This document shows, one piece after another, positions 51,802 to 61,021 of a stretch of DNA of 64,000 bases. Each line of letters opens with the position of its first letter. The stretch's first letter is position 1. This DNA comes from Polyangiales bacterium (GTDB lineage Bacteria; Myxococcota_A; Polyangia; Polyangiales; Houyiibacteriaceae): positions 3,060,338 to 3,124,337 of the forward strand of contig OZ245758.1 in NCBI GenBank assembly GCA_965227405.1, read 5' to 3'. Under the pieces are notes generated by a model that was not told the origin of the DNA, made no database searches, and saw only the letters and a list, made by a program, of their open reading frames with translations. The translations under genes and the position numbers were made by a program.

Positions 51802-52583
51802 AACCGTGAACGAACGCGGCAGTGTCCGAGACCACACGCGACTTGGGTGTCGCTCTCGTTTGAGCCTGCGGCAACCCACCACACAACGCCCGCAACTGCG
51901 CTGAGAACCGCGGTTCCAAAGAGCACATCGGTGGTGCGAGTCATGCGGCGTAAGTCATCGCGATCCGACGCTGCATCAGGTGGACATTCGCCACCCGGGC
52001 AACGTTCGTCGAGTGAGTCGTATCGGTTGTTGGCGACGAGCGCGGTGGCAACACCCGCGACGAGAGCAGCACCCGCAGTGGCGAAGAGGACGAACGGTCC
52101 AACGCGCGAAGGCGGTTCGGGCTCAGGCTCAACGATGGGAGCTTCGCGCTCTTCGGGCTCGACGTCGTCGGGCTCCGTGGCTTCTGCGGACTGCGTTTGG
52201 TTGCCCAGCACTTCGATGCGGCGTCGCACGTAGTTCGTGTTTCGCGCGTCGGGCACCGCTTCGAGGTACGCCTGATACTGCTCACGTGCCTCGGCTGGAC
52301 GTCCCAATCGATCGAGAGCAGTCGCGATGTTGTACAGCAGCTCGGGGCGCTCGCTCAGTTCGTAGGCTTCTCGCCACCGGGCAAGCGAATCTTCGAAGCG
52401 ACCATCCGAGAATGCTGCAGTTCCAGCTTCGTAGAGGCTACGGGCTTCGCCGTCGGTGGCTTCATTGGGTCCGTCATCGGTGTCGGTTTCGTCCGGCGGT
52501 CCTTCGCCCGACGCGTACTGCGTCATGCCGAGACTCGACGCGAATAGAACCGAAACAAACACCAGAGATCGCATCGTCTTCAT
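51798..52583 (-). CDS. Secreted TPR-containing protein with C-terminal TM
   Basis: MKTMRSLVFVSVLFASSLG signal peptide; TPR-like helices; ATGA overlap with upstream RCC1 gene. Confidence 0.55.
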   Translation of the reverse strand: MKTMRSLVFVSVLFASSLGMTQYASGEGPPDETDTDDGPNEATDGEARSLYEAGTAAFSDGRFEDSLARWREAYELSERPELLYNIATALDRLGRPAEAREQYQAYLEAVPDARNTNYVRRRIEVLGNQTQSAEATEPDDVEPEEREAPIVEPEPEPPSRVGPFVLFATAGAALVAGVATALVANNRYDSLDERCPGGECPPDAASDRDDLRRMTRTTDVLFGTAVLSAVAGVVWWVAAGSNESDTQVACGLGHCRVRSRF

Positions 52584-55500
52584 GGCAACTCCACGCGCGT
52601 CGGCAAGTAGTAGAGCGACGTGCCGTGACCGGCGCCGCCGTATTCGTTGCGCCCCCAACATTGGATGGAGCCCGCAGGGTCGGCGTCACCTTGAAGTGCG
52701 CACGTGAGAAAGCCGGTGTCGTTCCCGCTCGACAGCGCCGTGACATCGTTCAACCCGGCAACGAGCACAGGGGTCGTCGCGTCCGAGGTGTCGAGCCGTC
52801 CGAGTTGGTGGTAGTCGTTTGCTCCCCAACAACGAACAGAGCCATCGGTGTACGCGGCACACGAATGCAAGTTGCCCGCTGCGATCGCAACCGCGGGCAT
52901 CGCGGTGTAGCCGACCAGAACAGGAACGCCGAGTCCGCCCGAGGGACCTCCGAGCTGTCCTCGGAAGGAAGAACCCCAACAGCGCACCTGACCAGAACTT
53001 TGAATTGCACACGTGTGTGCGGAACCTGCCGCGATGGCGGTCACGTCGGACAGACCCATCACAGGAGCGGGAGTGTGTCGCAGCGTATCGGTACCGTCGC
53101 CCAACTGCCCACTCTCGTTTGCACCCCAACACTCGACCGTGCCACCCGTGCGAAGCGCGCATGCGTGTCGGTGGCCAAGCGCGAGCGCGATGGCGTCGTT
53201 GATGGGAGTCGCCAAAGGTCCGGGACTCACTGTCGGCGAAGCAAGCGGTTGTCCGGCCTGGCCCTCCGAGTTGAAACCCCAGCAGTTGACCGAGCCCGTG
53301 TCACTGATGGAGCAGGTCGTTGCCGATCCCGTTTCGACCGCGATCTGATCGTCCGCGAGTGCCACCAAGCGAGGGCTTGAAGACGAGCTTCCCGCACTGC
53401 CGAGTTGGCCGCTGGTGTTCCCACCCCAGCAGTACACCTGTCTTCCTGAACCACCATCGTTGATGGCGCAGGAATGGCCGCGCCCAGTCGCGATGTGCAC
53501 GACGTTGGTCAGCGTCACGACGTCGACGGGGTGCGCTTTGCTCAAGCTGGTCATGTCTCCCAGCGCACCCGATACGTTGATGCCCCAACACCGATCGATT
53601 CCAGTTCGAATCGCGCAAGCATGGTCTGAACCGACGGCGAGTGCGCTGTAGCCACTCTCTTCGGTGCCATCGAGCGCGCGGACTGGACTTGGACTCTCGA
53701 TCTGGAGGGTGTCGCGCGGAATGCTCCCTTCGAAACTCGCGCCCCAGCAGTACGCTTGGCCGTCGCGAATTGCGCATGCGCCGCGTCGACCTGCGTCGAA
53801 GCCTTCCATTCCGTCGAGCTCAGGAATGTCGATGTCGCCGCCGTCGGTCGTGAAGGGTGTGGTTTCGCCGTTGCCCCACTGGCTTTCCACGTTGCGCCCG
53901 CTGCACGTCGCGCCGTCGGCCGTCTCCCAACACAGGCTGAACAAGCTTTGCCACGTGTTGAGGACCGGACCCGGTGCGACTTCGATGGGCGTCAGCTCGC
54001 GGTTGCCCGTGCGTCGTGGTCCGATGTGTCCGCCGCTATTGTTGCCCCAGCACGAAAGTCGACCGCCGTCATGGATCGCGCAGAAGGTCTGCCACATGCC
54101 GTCGACCACCGTTGCGCCCGTCATGCCCGTGACTTGAACCGGAGTTGCGCTGTTGGTGGTGGTGTCGTTGCCGAGTTGTCCTTGGTTGTTGGTTCCCCAA
54201 CACCACACACTCCCGTCGTCGAGCGCCGCACAACTCGCCCCGTTGTTCACCGCAATGTTGACTGCGTCGGTGGGTAAGCCCGTGACACGTCGAGCGCCTT
54301 CGCCGTTTCCGGATCCCGGGATGCTGCCGTTTTGTTGGATCCCCCAACACCACACGGTTCCCATGTCGTCGATTGCACAACCGTGTCCTTCGTTGGCGTC
54401 GAGATCGACGAAAGTGCGCGGGTCGAACATGCCTGCCTCGGTGTCCGCAACGACCGGCTGCGGGAAGGGCGTGTTGCCGGTGCCAGGGCCAGCACCAAGC
54501 CGGCTGCCTTGTCCCCAACACCAGAGTTCTCCGTCGAGGTCGATCGCACAGGTAAAGGCGTTGCCTGCAGAGACTACGCGAGCGCGGAACACAGCTGCAC
54601 CGGGTGCAGACGAAACGACGATCGGCTGTGGTGCTTCTGCCGCTCGCGGTGATCCCACACCGGCTTGGCTGTTGTCGCTTTCGCCCCAGCACAGCACAGC
54701 ACCACTTTCGCGAACCACGCACGCCTGCCCCTCACCGCGCGCGACCTGAACCACGGGATCGCACACGCCCAAGCGACAGTTCGTGCCGGAGTCACAGACG
54801 TTTCCACACGCGCCGCAGTGGTTTGGATCGTCGTTGAGGGACGCTTCGCAGCCATCGTCCGCGTCGTCGTTGCAGTCCCCGTAGTCGGGTTCGCAGGAGT
54901 CGATTTCGCACGCGGACATCGCACAGCTTTGCGTGAGCACTCGCGTGTCGTCGCACGTCATTCCGCAACCCCCGCAGTTGGCGAGGTCGTTGGTGGTGTT
55001 GGTCTCGCACCCTTCGGCGTCGGGATCGCAGTCGTCCCGGCCAGCCAAACACGAAAACCCACACATCGAGTCGGCGCAGGTCGCCTCTTCAGCACCAGCG
55101 GGAACAGGACACTCGTTGTCGCAGTCGCCGCAACGTTGTGGGTTCGTCGACGTGTCGACGCACTCGTCTCCACAGATGGTGCCACCGCAGTCCTCGTTAC
55201 AAATCGGAGTTGCACCCGTGGAATCGCACAGCTCGCCGGCTGCACAGCTGTTTTCGCAGCTTCCACACGTCAACGTGGACTGCAGACTGGCTTCGCACCC
55301 GTTGCCTGGATCGCCATCGCAATCTTCGAATCCCGTGCGGCAGTTCATCAACTCGCACATCGAGTCCGAACATGCACCCGTGGCGTTGTCGAACATGCAC
55401 GCTGTGCCGCATGCGCCGCAGTTGTCGACGTCGCGGGTGGTGTCGGTTTCACACCCGTTCGTGGCGTCACCGTCGCAATCGTCGAATCCGGTCTCGCACG

Positions 55501-55690
55501 TGTACTCGCACATCGCGTCGGTACAGACCGCGCTGGCTCTCGCTCGCGCCGGACAGTCGTCGGCTGTGACGCACATCGGCATGGCGTCGGTCCCGGCGTC
55601 ATCGACGATTGTGAAGTCGCCGGGGTCGCGCAGCAGGCTGCACCCCCCGAGCACGACGCTCGCTATGACGAGCGATGCTCTCCCATCCAT
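52580..55690 (-). CDS. Large lipoprotein with N-terminal Cys-rich repeats and multiple RCC1 (beta-propeller) repeats
   Basis: MDGRASLVIASVVLGGCS lipobox; repeated hxCAL/AxxxDGSVxCWGxNxxGQLG units. Confidence 0.8.
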   Translation of the reverse strand: MDGRASLVIASVVLGGCSLLRDPGDFTIVDDAGTDAMPMCVTADDCPARARASAVCTDAMCEYTCETGFDDCDGDATNGCETDTTRDVDNCGACGTACMFDNATGACSDSMCELMNCRTGFEDCDGDPGNGCEASLQSTLTCGSCENSCAAGELCDSTGATPICNEDCGGTICGDECVDTSTNPQRCGDCDNECPVPAGAEEATCADSMCGFSCLAGRDDCDPDAEGCETNTTNDLANCGGCGMTCDDTRVLTQSCAMSACEIDSCEPDYGDCNDDADDGCEASLNDDPNHCGACGNVCDSGTNCRLGVCDPVVQVARGEGQACVVRESGAVLCWGESDNSQAGVGSPRAAEAPQPIVVSSAPGAAVFRARVVSAGNAFTCAIDLDGELWCWGQGSRLGAGPGTGNTPFPQPVVADTEAGMFDPRTFVDLDANEGHGCAIDDMGTVWCWGIQQNGSIPGSGNGEGARRVTGLPTDAVNIAVNNGASCAALDDGSVWCWGTNNQGQLGNDTTTNSATPVQVTGMTGATVVDGMWQTFCAIHDGGRLSCWGNNSGGHIGPRRTGNRELTPIEVAPGPVLNTWQSLFSLCWETADGATCSGRNVESQWGNGETTPFTTDGGDIDIPELDGMEGFDAGRRGACAIRDGQAYCWGASFEGSIPRDTLQIESPSPVRALDGTEESGYSALAVGSDHACAIRTGIDRCWGINVSGALGDMTSLSKAHPVDVVTLTNVVHIATGRGHSCAINDGGSGRQVYCWGGNTSGQLGSAGSSSSSPRLVALADDQIAVETGSATTCSISDTGSVNCWGFNSEGQAGQPLASPTVSPGPLATPINDAIALALGHRHACALRTGGTVECWGANESGQLGDGTDTLRHTPAPVMGLSDVTAIAAGSAHTCAIQSSGQVRCWGSSFRGQLGGPSGGLGVPVLVGYTAMPAVAIAAGNLHSCAAYTDGSVRCWGANDYHQLGRLDTSDATTPVLVAGLNDVTALSSGNDTGFLTCALQGDADPAGSIQCWGRNEYGGAGHGTSLYYLPTRVELP

Positions 55691-55803
55691 TGGGATGTGA
55701 GCAAAGCACCAGCTATGCCATGGATTTCCTGAGGGAAAATCGCCGGTAGGAACGCTCGATGACGACGTTTCGTCGTCACCCTGACGAACTCACATCAGAG
55801 TCA

Positions 55804-57486
55804 TCAGAACGGGTTGTCGGGCGTTCCGTCCATGGTCGCCTCCATGGTCGCCTCCATGGTCGCCTCCATCGTGGCTTCCATCGTCGGCTCCATCGTGACT
55901 TCAGGTTCCATGGTGGTCTCCATGGTGGGCTCCATCGTCTCGACGGCTTCCATGGTCTCCATGGTTTCCATCGTTTCGACAGCGTCCATGGTCTCCATGG
56001 TCTCGCGCATGGTCACGCGCATCATCACAGTGGTCATCATCGGCGCTGCAGCGCGTTCGATCAGTACCAGTCGCGCGGTGTAGCGCAGTGCTCCGTCGCT
56101 CTCGGTGAACTGGTTCGCTTCGACGGTCAGGTTGGCCGCGTCAAAACCAGGCTTCGTCGCAACGAGCTCCATCGACTCCCAATCCTCGTTACGAATCTCG
56201 GTGGGTGCGCTCATGCGACGTCCGTTGGCGCGCAACGATGCACCTTCGGGCTCCGTGACAATGCTCAGCACGTATTCGAGCTTCTCCAACGTGAAGCTGC
56301 TCTCTTCACCTTCGGTGCCTTCGGCGGTGATGTCTTGCGTGACGGTGCCGTAGCCCATCAAGCGCAGTTCGACGCTCGCAGCCTCGCCCTTGGGAAGTTG
56401 CGCATCCATCGGCGTCGTGCCGACGTTCTCGCCGCCGATCCAAACTTCGGCGCCTTCGGGTTCAGACACGAGTCGAACCGCGACCATCTCCACTTCAGGT
56501 TCAGGCTCGATATCGGGCACGGGATCCGGAATCTCATCGGGGACCGGATCCTCGGTGACGACCTCTTCTTGCTGTTGGCTCGACCACCAGAAGTAACCGC
56601 CACCCGCGGCCAAAAGCAGAACCACCAATCCGATGATCATGCCGCTGCCACCAGGCTCATCCTGTTGTGCGAGCGACATTTCTGCGGGCGGGGGCTTCAG
56701 CGAAGGCGCCCGCTTTTCGTCGGCCGGTGCAGGGTCCGGTTTGCGCTCCTGGGCTTCACCGCGCGGATCGGCCAGTGCGGTGTCTGCGGCTTCTTCGGAT
56801 GTGGGTTCGCGAGCGGGTTCGGGCTCAGGTTCCGCGGCTGCCGCCTTGGCCTCTGCAGCACGTCGCGCCTGCTCGGCCTCGCGTCGCGCAGCTTCCTGTT
56901 CGTCGGCTTTGCGCGCTCGCTCTTCTGCGGCGCGTTGACGCTCGATCTCTTCAGTCCGCTTTCGCGCGGCTTCCGCATCTGCCTGGGCTTCTGCAGCTGA
57001 ACCTTCATCGGCACCTGCGAGCGCTTCGGCCAAAAACTCACTCGCGTGTCGAACGCTGGTGCGATCTTCCGGTGCAGGAAGTTCAGCCGGACCTTCGTCG
57101 GGGAAGAACGAACTTTCTTTGGGTCCTTCCGCGCCTTCGTCGAATGCACCGGGTCCTGACCCTCGGGTCTCGACGATGTCCTGCACGAGCTGCCGACTGT
57201 CGGCGTCCATCTTGATGAACTTGATGCCCATCCCTGGCGGTGCGTCGCCCGAGGGCTCGCGACGCCACACCACGCGTCCGACGCCATGAATCAGACGTGA
57301 CTGGTCTTTGAGTTGGAACTCGAACTTCAGCAGCGTGCCCACCTTCATGGGCTTCTTGGACTTAATGAAGATTCCGCCGCGTGAAATATCGCCGCTGTAC
57401 TGCTCGACAAACTCGTCGAGGGTGGCGCTCTTAAAGCGCACCTTGAGCGAAACGGGTGCGCGCTTGTCCTTGCGCGTATCGGCCAT
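55804..57486 (-). CDS. PilZ domain - TM - periplasmic PEGA domain protein with C-terminal (T/A-M-E) repeat tail
   Basis: PilZ RxxxR...D/NxSxGG-like N-term; charged coiled coil; TM MIIGLVVLLLAAGGGYFWW; PEGAEVWIGGENVGTTP; SD GGAGG before ATG 57486. Confidence 0.65.
   Translation of the reverse strand: MADTRKDKRAPVSLKVRFKSATLDEFVEQYSGDISRGGIFIKSKKPMKVGTLLKFEFQLKDQSRLIHGVGRVVWRREPSGDAPPGMGIKFIKMDADSRQLVQDIVETRGSGPGAFDEGAEGPKESSFFPDEGPAELPAPEDRTSVRHASEFLAEALAGADEGSAAEAQADAEAARKRTEEIERQRAAEERARKADEQEAARREAEQARRAAEAKAAAAEPEPEPAREPTSEEAADTALADPRGEAQERKPDPAPADEKRAPSLKPPPAEMSLAQQDEPGGSGMIIGLVVLLLAAGGGYFWWSSQQQEEVVTEDPVPDEIPDPVPDIEPEPEVEMVAVRLVSEPEGAEVWIGGENVGTTPMDAQLPKGEAASVELRLMGYGTVTQDITAEGTEGEESSFTLEKLEYVLSIVTEPEGASLRANGRRMSAPTEIRNEDWESMELVATKPGFDAANLTVEANQFTESDGALRYTARLVLIERAAAPMMTTVMMRVTMRETMETMDAVETMETMETMEAVETMEPTMETTMEPEVTMEPTMEATMEATMEATMEATMDGTPDNPF
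55831..56030 (-). repeat. Coding tandem repeat, ~12-bp unit (ggtcgcctccat) encoding METMEAT-type tail
   Basis: Direct repeats visible on the plus strand at 55831-56030. Confidence 0.8.
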
Positions 57487-57523
57487 CCGGGGAGCCTCCA
57501 GGGGTAGGTGCGAGAGCGTACCT

Positions 57524-58291
57524 CTACGACGCCGAAGCCCACAATTGTATTGGTGAATCCGACACCACTCGCGTGTTGAGACGAACCTGACGACGCGGTG
57601 TTCCAGCCATGCCCGCAAGAGCGACACCCCAAGCGGATCGGCTTGGATCTTCAGGCGATTCCAGCACTGCGACCCGTGCGATGCGCATGCGTTCGGCCTC
57701 GATTGCGGCTCCCAGTCCCTCAAGCGGGGCTCGAAGGACGACGACTTTCTGAGCAGCGACCGGTTCGCTGAGCACGGCGTTGAGAACGCCGCTCACCGTT
57801 GCAGCGGGTTCTCCCGTGCGTTGAGGACACAACGAGTTCCGTGAGATGCGCTGGGGACGTCGACGCATGCCTTTGGCCAGGCAGCGCAGCGAGGGCTCAA
57901 CATCCAACACCGGTGCAATCGCGAACGCGCGGTTGTAGATGCCGGGGTGTGGAACCGTGAGGGCAGGGAGCTGCACCTCGTGCTCAGCCCACAGAATGTC
58001 CAGGTCGAGTGTTCGGTTGCCCCATCGCTGAGTGCGGACGCGTCCAAACATGGCTTCGACCCGCAGAAGCAGTGCGAGCAGGCGCCGCGGGCTCAAGGTC
58101 GTTCGGACTCGCCAAGCCTCGTTGAGAAACGCAGGCCCAGGCGGTCGTCCCGGCGGAACCATCGCGGGTGAGGTGTACGTATGCGAGCGACGTTCGGTGC
58201 GGACACCGTGTGCGTCGAGAACCCGCCGTGCGGCTTCAAGAATGTCTGCGCGTGCACCAAGGTTGGATCCGGCGCCGACGATTGCCCACAT
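57524..58291 (-). CDS. folK: 2-amino-4-hydroxy-6-hydroxymethyldihydropteridine pyrophosphokinase (HPPK) with ~95 aa C-terminal extension
   Basis: AIVGAGSNLG, RWGNRTLDLDIL, PHPGIYNRAF HPPK motifs. Confidence 0.75.
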   Translation of the reverse strand: MWAIVGAGSNLGARADILEAARRVLDAHGVRTERRSHTYTSPAMVPPGRPPGPAFLNEAWRVRTTLSPRRLLALLLRVEAMFGRVRTQRWGNRTLDLDILWAEHEVQLPALTVPHPGIYNRAFAIAPVLDVEPSLRCLAKGMRRRPQRISRNSLCPQRTGEPAATVSGVLNAVLSEPVAAQKVVVLRAPLEGLGAAIEAERMRIARVAVLESPEDPSRSAWGVALAGMAGTPRRQVRLNTRVVSDSPIQLWASAS

Positions 58292-58300
58292 GGGCGGAGG

Positions 58301-58741
58301 CTAGCTCAAGCGCACTCGATGCACGAACCAACGACCCTCGTGCTTGGCGAGGTCAAAGGTCGCGTTGACCATGCCCTCCGGAGTGCGCAAGCGAACGGCC
58401 ACGCGCGCGCTCTCGTCTTCGAGTTCGATGTTGCGCTGCACTTCTTCAAGCGAGTGACCGCGGTAGGCCGCGAGTGCGTCCCGCGCCACGCTCGCCAACT
58501 GCGCGCCTTCACCTTCGCCGAACTCTTCGTCGCCGTCGGGTGTCGTGACGAGAACGGGTTCGTAGTCGACGTCGAAGTAGCCGAGTGCTCCGTCCATCAG
58601 TTCGGTATCGATCGTCCCGCTAAGCGAGTCCGCGAACGCTTCAAGGCGCTCGTGGTCGGTCACAACCAGCGCATCGGCGACAGCAGCTGCTCCCGCAACA
58701 AGTCCGAGAACGACGCATCCATGAACGGCGAGCTTTCCCAT
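58301..58741 (-). CDS. Hypothetical secreted protein
   Basis: Signal peptide MGKLAVHGCVVLGLVAGAAA. Confidence 0.45.
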   Translation of the reverse strand: MGKLAVHGCVVLGLVAGAAAVADALVVTDHERLEAFADSLSGTIDTELMDGALGYFDVDYEPVLVTTPDGDEEFGEGEGAQLASVARDALAAYRGHSLEEVQRNIELEDESARVAVRLRTPEGMVNATFDLAKHEGRWFVHRVRLS

Positions 58742-58901
58742 GCAGAAGGGTTTTGCAGCCTTCGTGCCTGTGGCCCGGATCCCGCTTTCGTCGGGAATTG
58801 TTGGCTCTCGGTGGGTGGAATCGGCTGACAGCGTGTCAGCGCTAAACCCGACGTTGACACGTTGGCTTCGGGCGGAACCGCATCACAGGTATGATCGAGC
58901 A

Positions 58902-59399
58902 ATGGGGGAATCTGCTCATCCGCGTCCGCCGCAGAGAAAGTCGCCGCTTCGACTCTTTACGGTTTCGGGTTGGATCGAGGGCACCTTGCACGTTCCGGAA
59001 AAGGAAGCACTGCTCGACTTCCTCAACGGTGAACGCAGCTTCCTGACGCTGACTGAAGTTTCTCTCCCGCAGGGCACGAAGCTCCCGTTCTTGGCACTTG
59101 CACTCGACGCGGTGATTTTGATTCAGCCTGGAGTCGACGAACTTGTGGAGACGAGCGCACGCACGAGTCAGCGCACCAAGATTCGACAGATCTCGTGTTT
59201 GTTTCCGGGCGGGATGATCATGGGTTCGCTACCGCTTCCGGAAGACTCGCGCGTGTCCGACGAGATGATGGAGTCGGGTGAGTTCTTCTTGGTGGGCAAC
59301 TGCACGCTGGGAATCGACTCGGAGAGCAAGCCCGAGATGGAAGCGAGCGCGCACCTGCTGCTGCACGCGCGAAAGATTATTGGCGTCGCGGAAATGTGA
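58902..59399 (+). CDS. Hypothetical protein
   Basis: ATG at 58902 inside the longer ORF-track frame. Confidence 0.35.
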   Translation: MGESAHPRPPQRKSPLRLFTVSGWIEGTLHVPEKEALLDFLNGERSFLTLTEVSLPQGTKLPFLALALDAVILIQPGVDELVETSARTSQRTKIRQISCLFPGGMIMGSLPLPEDSRVSDEMMESGEFFLVGNCTLGIDSESKPEMEASAHLLLHARKIIGVAEM

Positions 59400-59407
59400 A
59401 AATTGGC

Positions 59408-60175
59408 TCATCGTCGGCGCTTGCGCTTTCGTCGACTGGGTCGTTTTCGACGACGACGATGCTTGAGTTTGCGCGCACGGATCTTCGAATCCGCGTCGCC
59501 TTCTCCAAACGGATCCAGCACACGCAGCTGCCACAGACGCTCGTCGATGCTCGGGTGCGAACGAAAGTGGCGGTACGCCCACTGAAGCTCGCTCGTCGGT
59601 AGCTTGGCGCCGCGGATCTCACTCAACCGACCGCTGCGTTCACACTCCATGCGCAGCCAGTGAAAGAACTCCCATGCGCCGTCCTCGAGACCGACGTCTT
59701 TGAGCCACTGGTACGCCAAGCGATCGGCGTTGAACTCCGCTTGGTCGCGAGGCTGCACCACCGCCCACGACATCACTTTGCGAAACCAGTGCAGTCGCGG
59801 GTGCTTCGGCATCTGTTCTTCACCATCGCCGAGCGCGATGTGCGCAAGTTCGTGTGCCAGCACGAACGCAAGCACCGAGTCGGACATGCTCGCAAGCATC
59901 TTGCCGGACACCGCGATGATGTTGCCGTGGTAGACGGCGCCTTCCGGAGCGCGCTCGCAATCCAACACGATGCAGGGCACGTCGGGCACCGGAATCATCG
60001 CGCCCCGACTTTCGCGAATGCGCGCCATAAGCTGGTCGAGCCGCTCAGACTCGCGCAACTCGCCGCCTCGTTTCGCGGCGTCTTTGGCGAGACCCTCGAG
60101 CATCTTTTCGCGGGTCTGGGCACATCGCTGGTCGCGGGCGTAATCCTCGAAACGTTCTTTCGTTCGTACGGTCAC
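59408..60175 (-). CDS. Putative zinc metallopeptidase (HEXXH) with polybasic C-terminal tail
   Basis: VLAHELAHIALGD HExxH; C-term KHRRRRKRPSRRKRKRRR. Confidence 0.5.
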   Translation of the reverse strand: MTVRTKERFEDYARDQRCAQTREKMLEGLAKDAAKRGGELRESERLDQLMARIRESRGAMIPVPDVPCIVLDCERAPEGAVYHGNIIAVSGKMLASMSDSVLAFVLAHELAHIALGDGEEQMPKHPRLHWFRKVMSWAVVQPRDQAEFNADRLAYQWLKDVGLEDGAWEFFHWLRMECERSGRLSEIRGAKLPTSELQWAYRHFRSHPSIDERLWQLRVLDPFGEGDADSKIRARKLKHRRRRKRPSRRKRKRRR

Positions 60176-60235
60176 GCGGTGCAGATGTGCACGAAGCGTG
60201 TCAGCGCAGAATCCTCGTCTCGCTCTCGGTTTTGA

Positions 60236-61021
60236 CTACGCCAAGCTGGCGAGCAGGGCACCGCGCATCACTTCGACCGGCGCGTTTCGCCCTGTCCAGA
60301 GTTCCAACGCGGCCGCGCCTTGATGCACGAGCATTCCCGTTCCATCGACGATGCGAAGCCCTTGGTTCTCGGCGCGCTGCAGAACCGTGGTGTGGCGTGG
60401 TGTGTAGACCAGATCACAAACCGTGGCGTGCTTGGGCAAGGCATCGAGCGGAAGTGCGTCTGCGAAGGCGCGCGCTTCGTCACCCAAGGTGGCGGAGGTG
60501 GCTTGGATCACCAAGTCGGTACCCGGAAACACATCGCCCAAATTCGTCCAGTCCAAAGCCGTGCCAATCTCGCGCGCGGCTGCGAATCGACGTGCGGCGA
60601 TGTGAACGCTGGCATCGCGTAGCGCATGAACCGCAGCGCGTGCCGCGCCACCTGCCCCCAAGACCACGGCGTTGCATCCGGCAATCTCGACACCGGCTTC
60701 TTCGAGAGAGCGTCGCAGACCCAGCGAGTCTGTGTTTGTTCCTACCCATCGATCATCAACGCGATACACGGTGTTCACCGCACCGATCGCGTCGGCAACA
60801 GAGTCTACTTCGTCGACCCAGTCCATCACGGCCAGCTTGTGTGGAAGCGTGACGTTGAACCCATCGAGTTCTGCCGCGTCCAGCGTGTCGTGCAATGCGT
60901 CAGGTTCGATGGCGACGGCGTCGTAGCGCGCGTCCAACCCGAGCGACTTGAACGCGGCGTTGTGCATCAGGGGTGAACGCGAGTGCTTCACCGGCCAGCC
61001 GATGACCGCGTAGCGTTTCAC
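60236..61021 (-). CDS. aroE: Shikimate dehydrogenase
   Basis: YAVIGWPVKHSRSPLMHNAAF, NVTLPHK, GAGGAARA motifs. Confidence 0.9.
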   Translation of the reverse strand: MKRYAVIGWPVKHSRSPLMHNAAFKSLGLDARYDAVAIEPDALHDTLDAAELDGFNVTLPHKLAVMDWVDEVDSVADAIGAVNTVYRVDDRWVGTNTDSLGLRRSLEEAGVEIAGCNAVVLGAGGAARAAVHALRDASVHIAARRFAAAREIGTALDWTNLGDVFPGTDLVIQATSATLGDEARAFADALPLDALPKHATVCDLVYTPRHTTVLQRAENQGLRIVDGTGMLVHQGAAALELWTGRNAPVEVMRGALLASLA

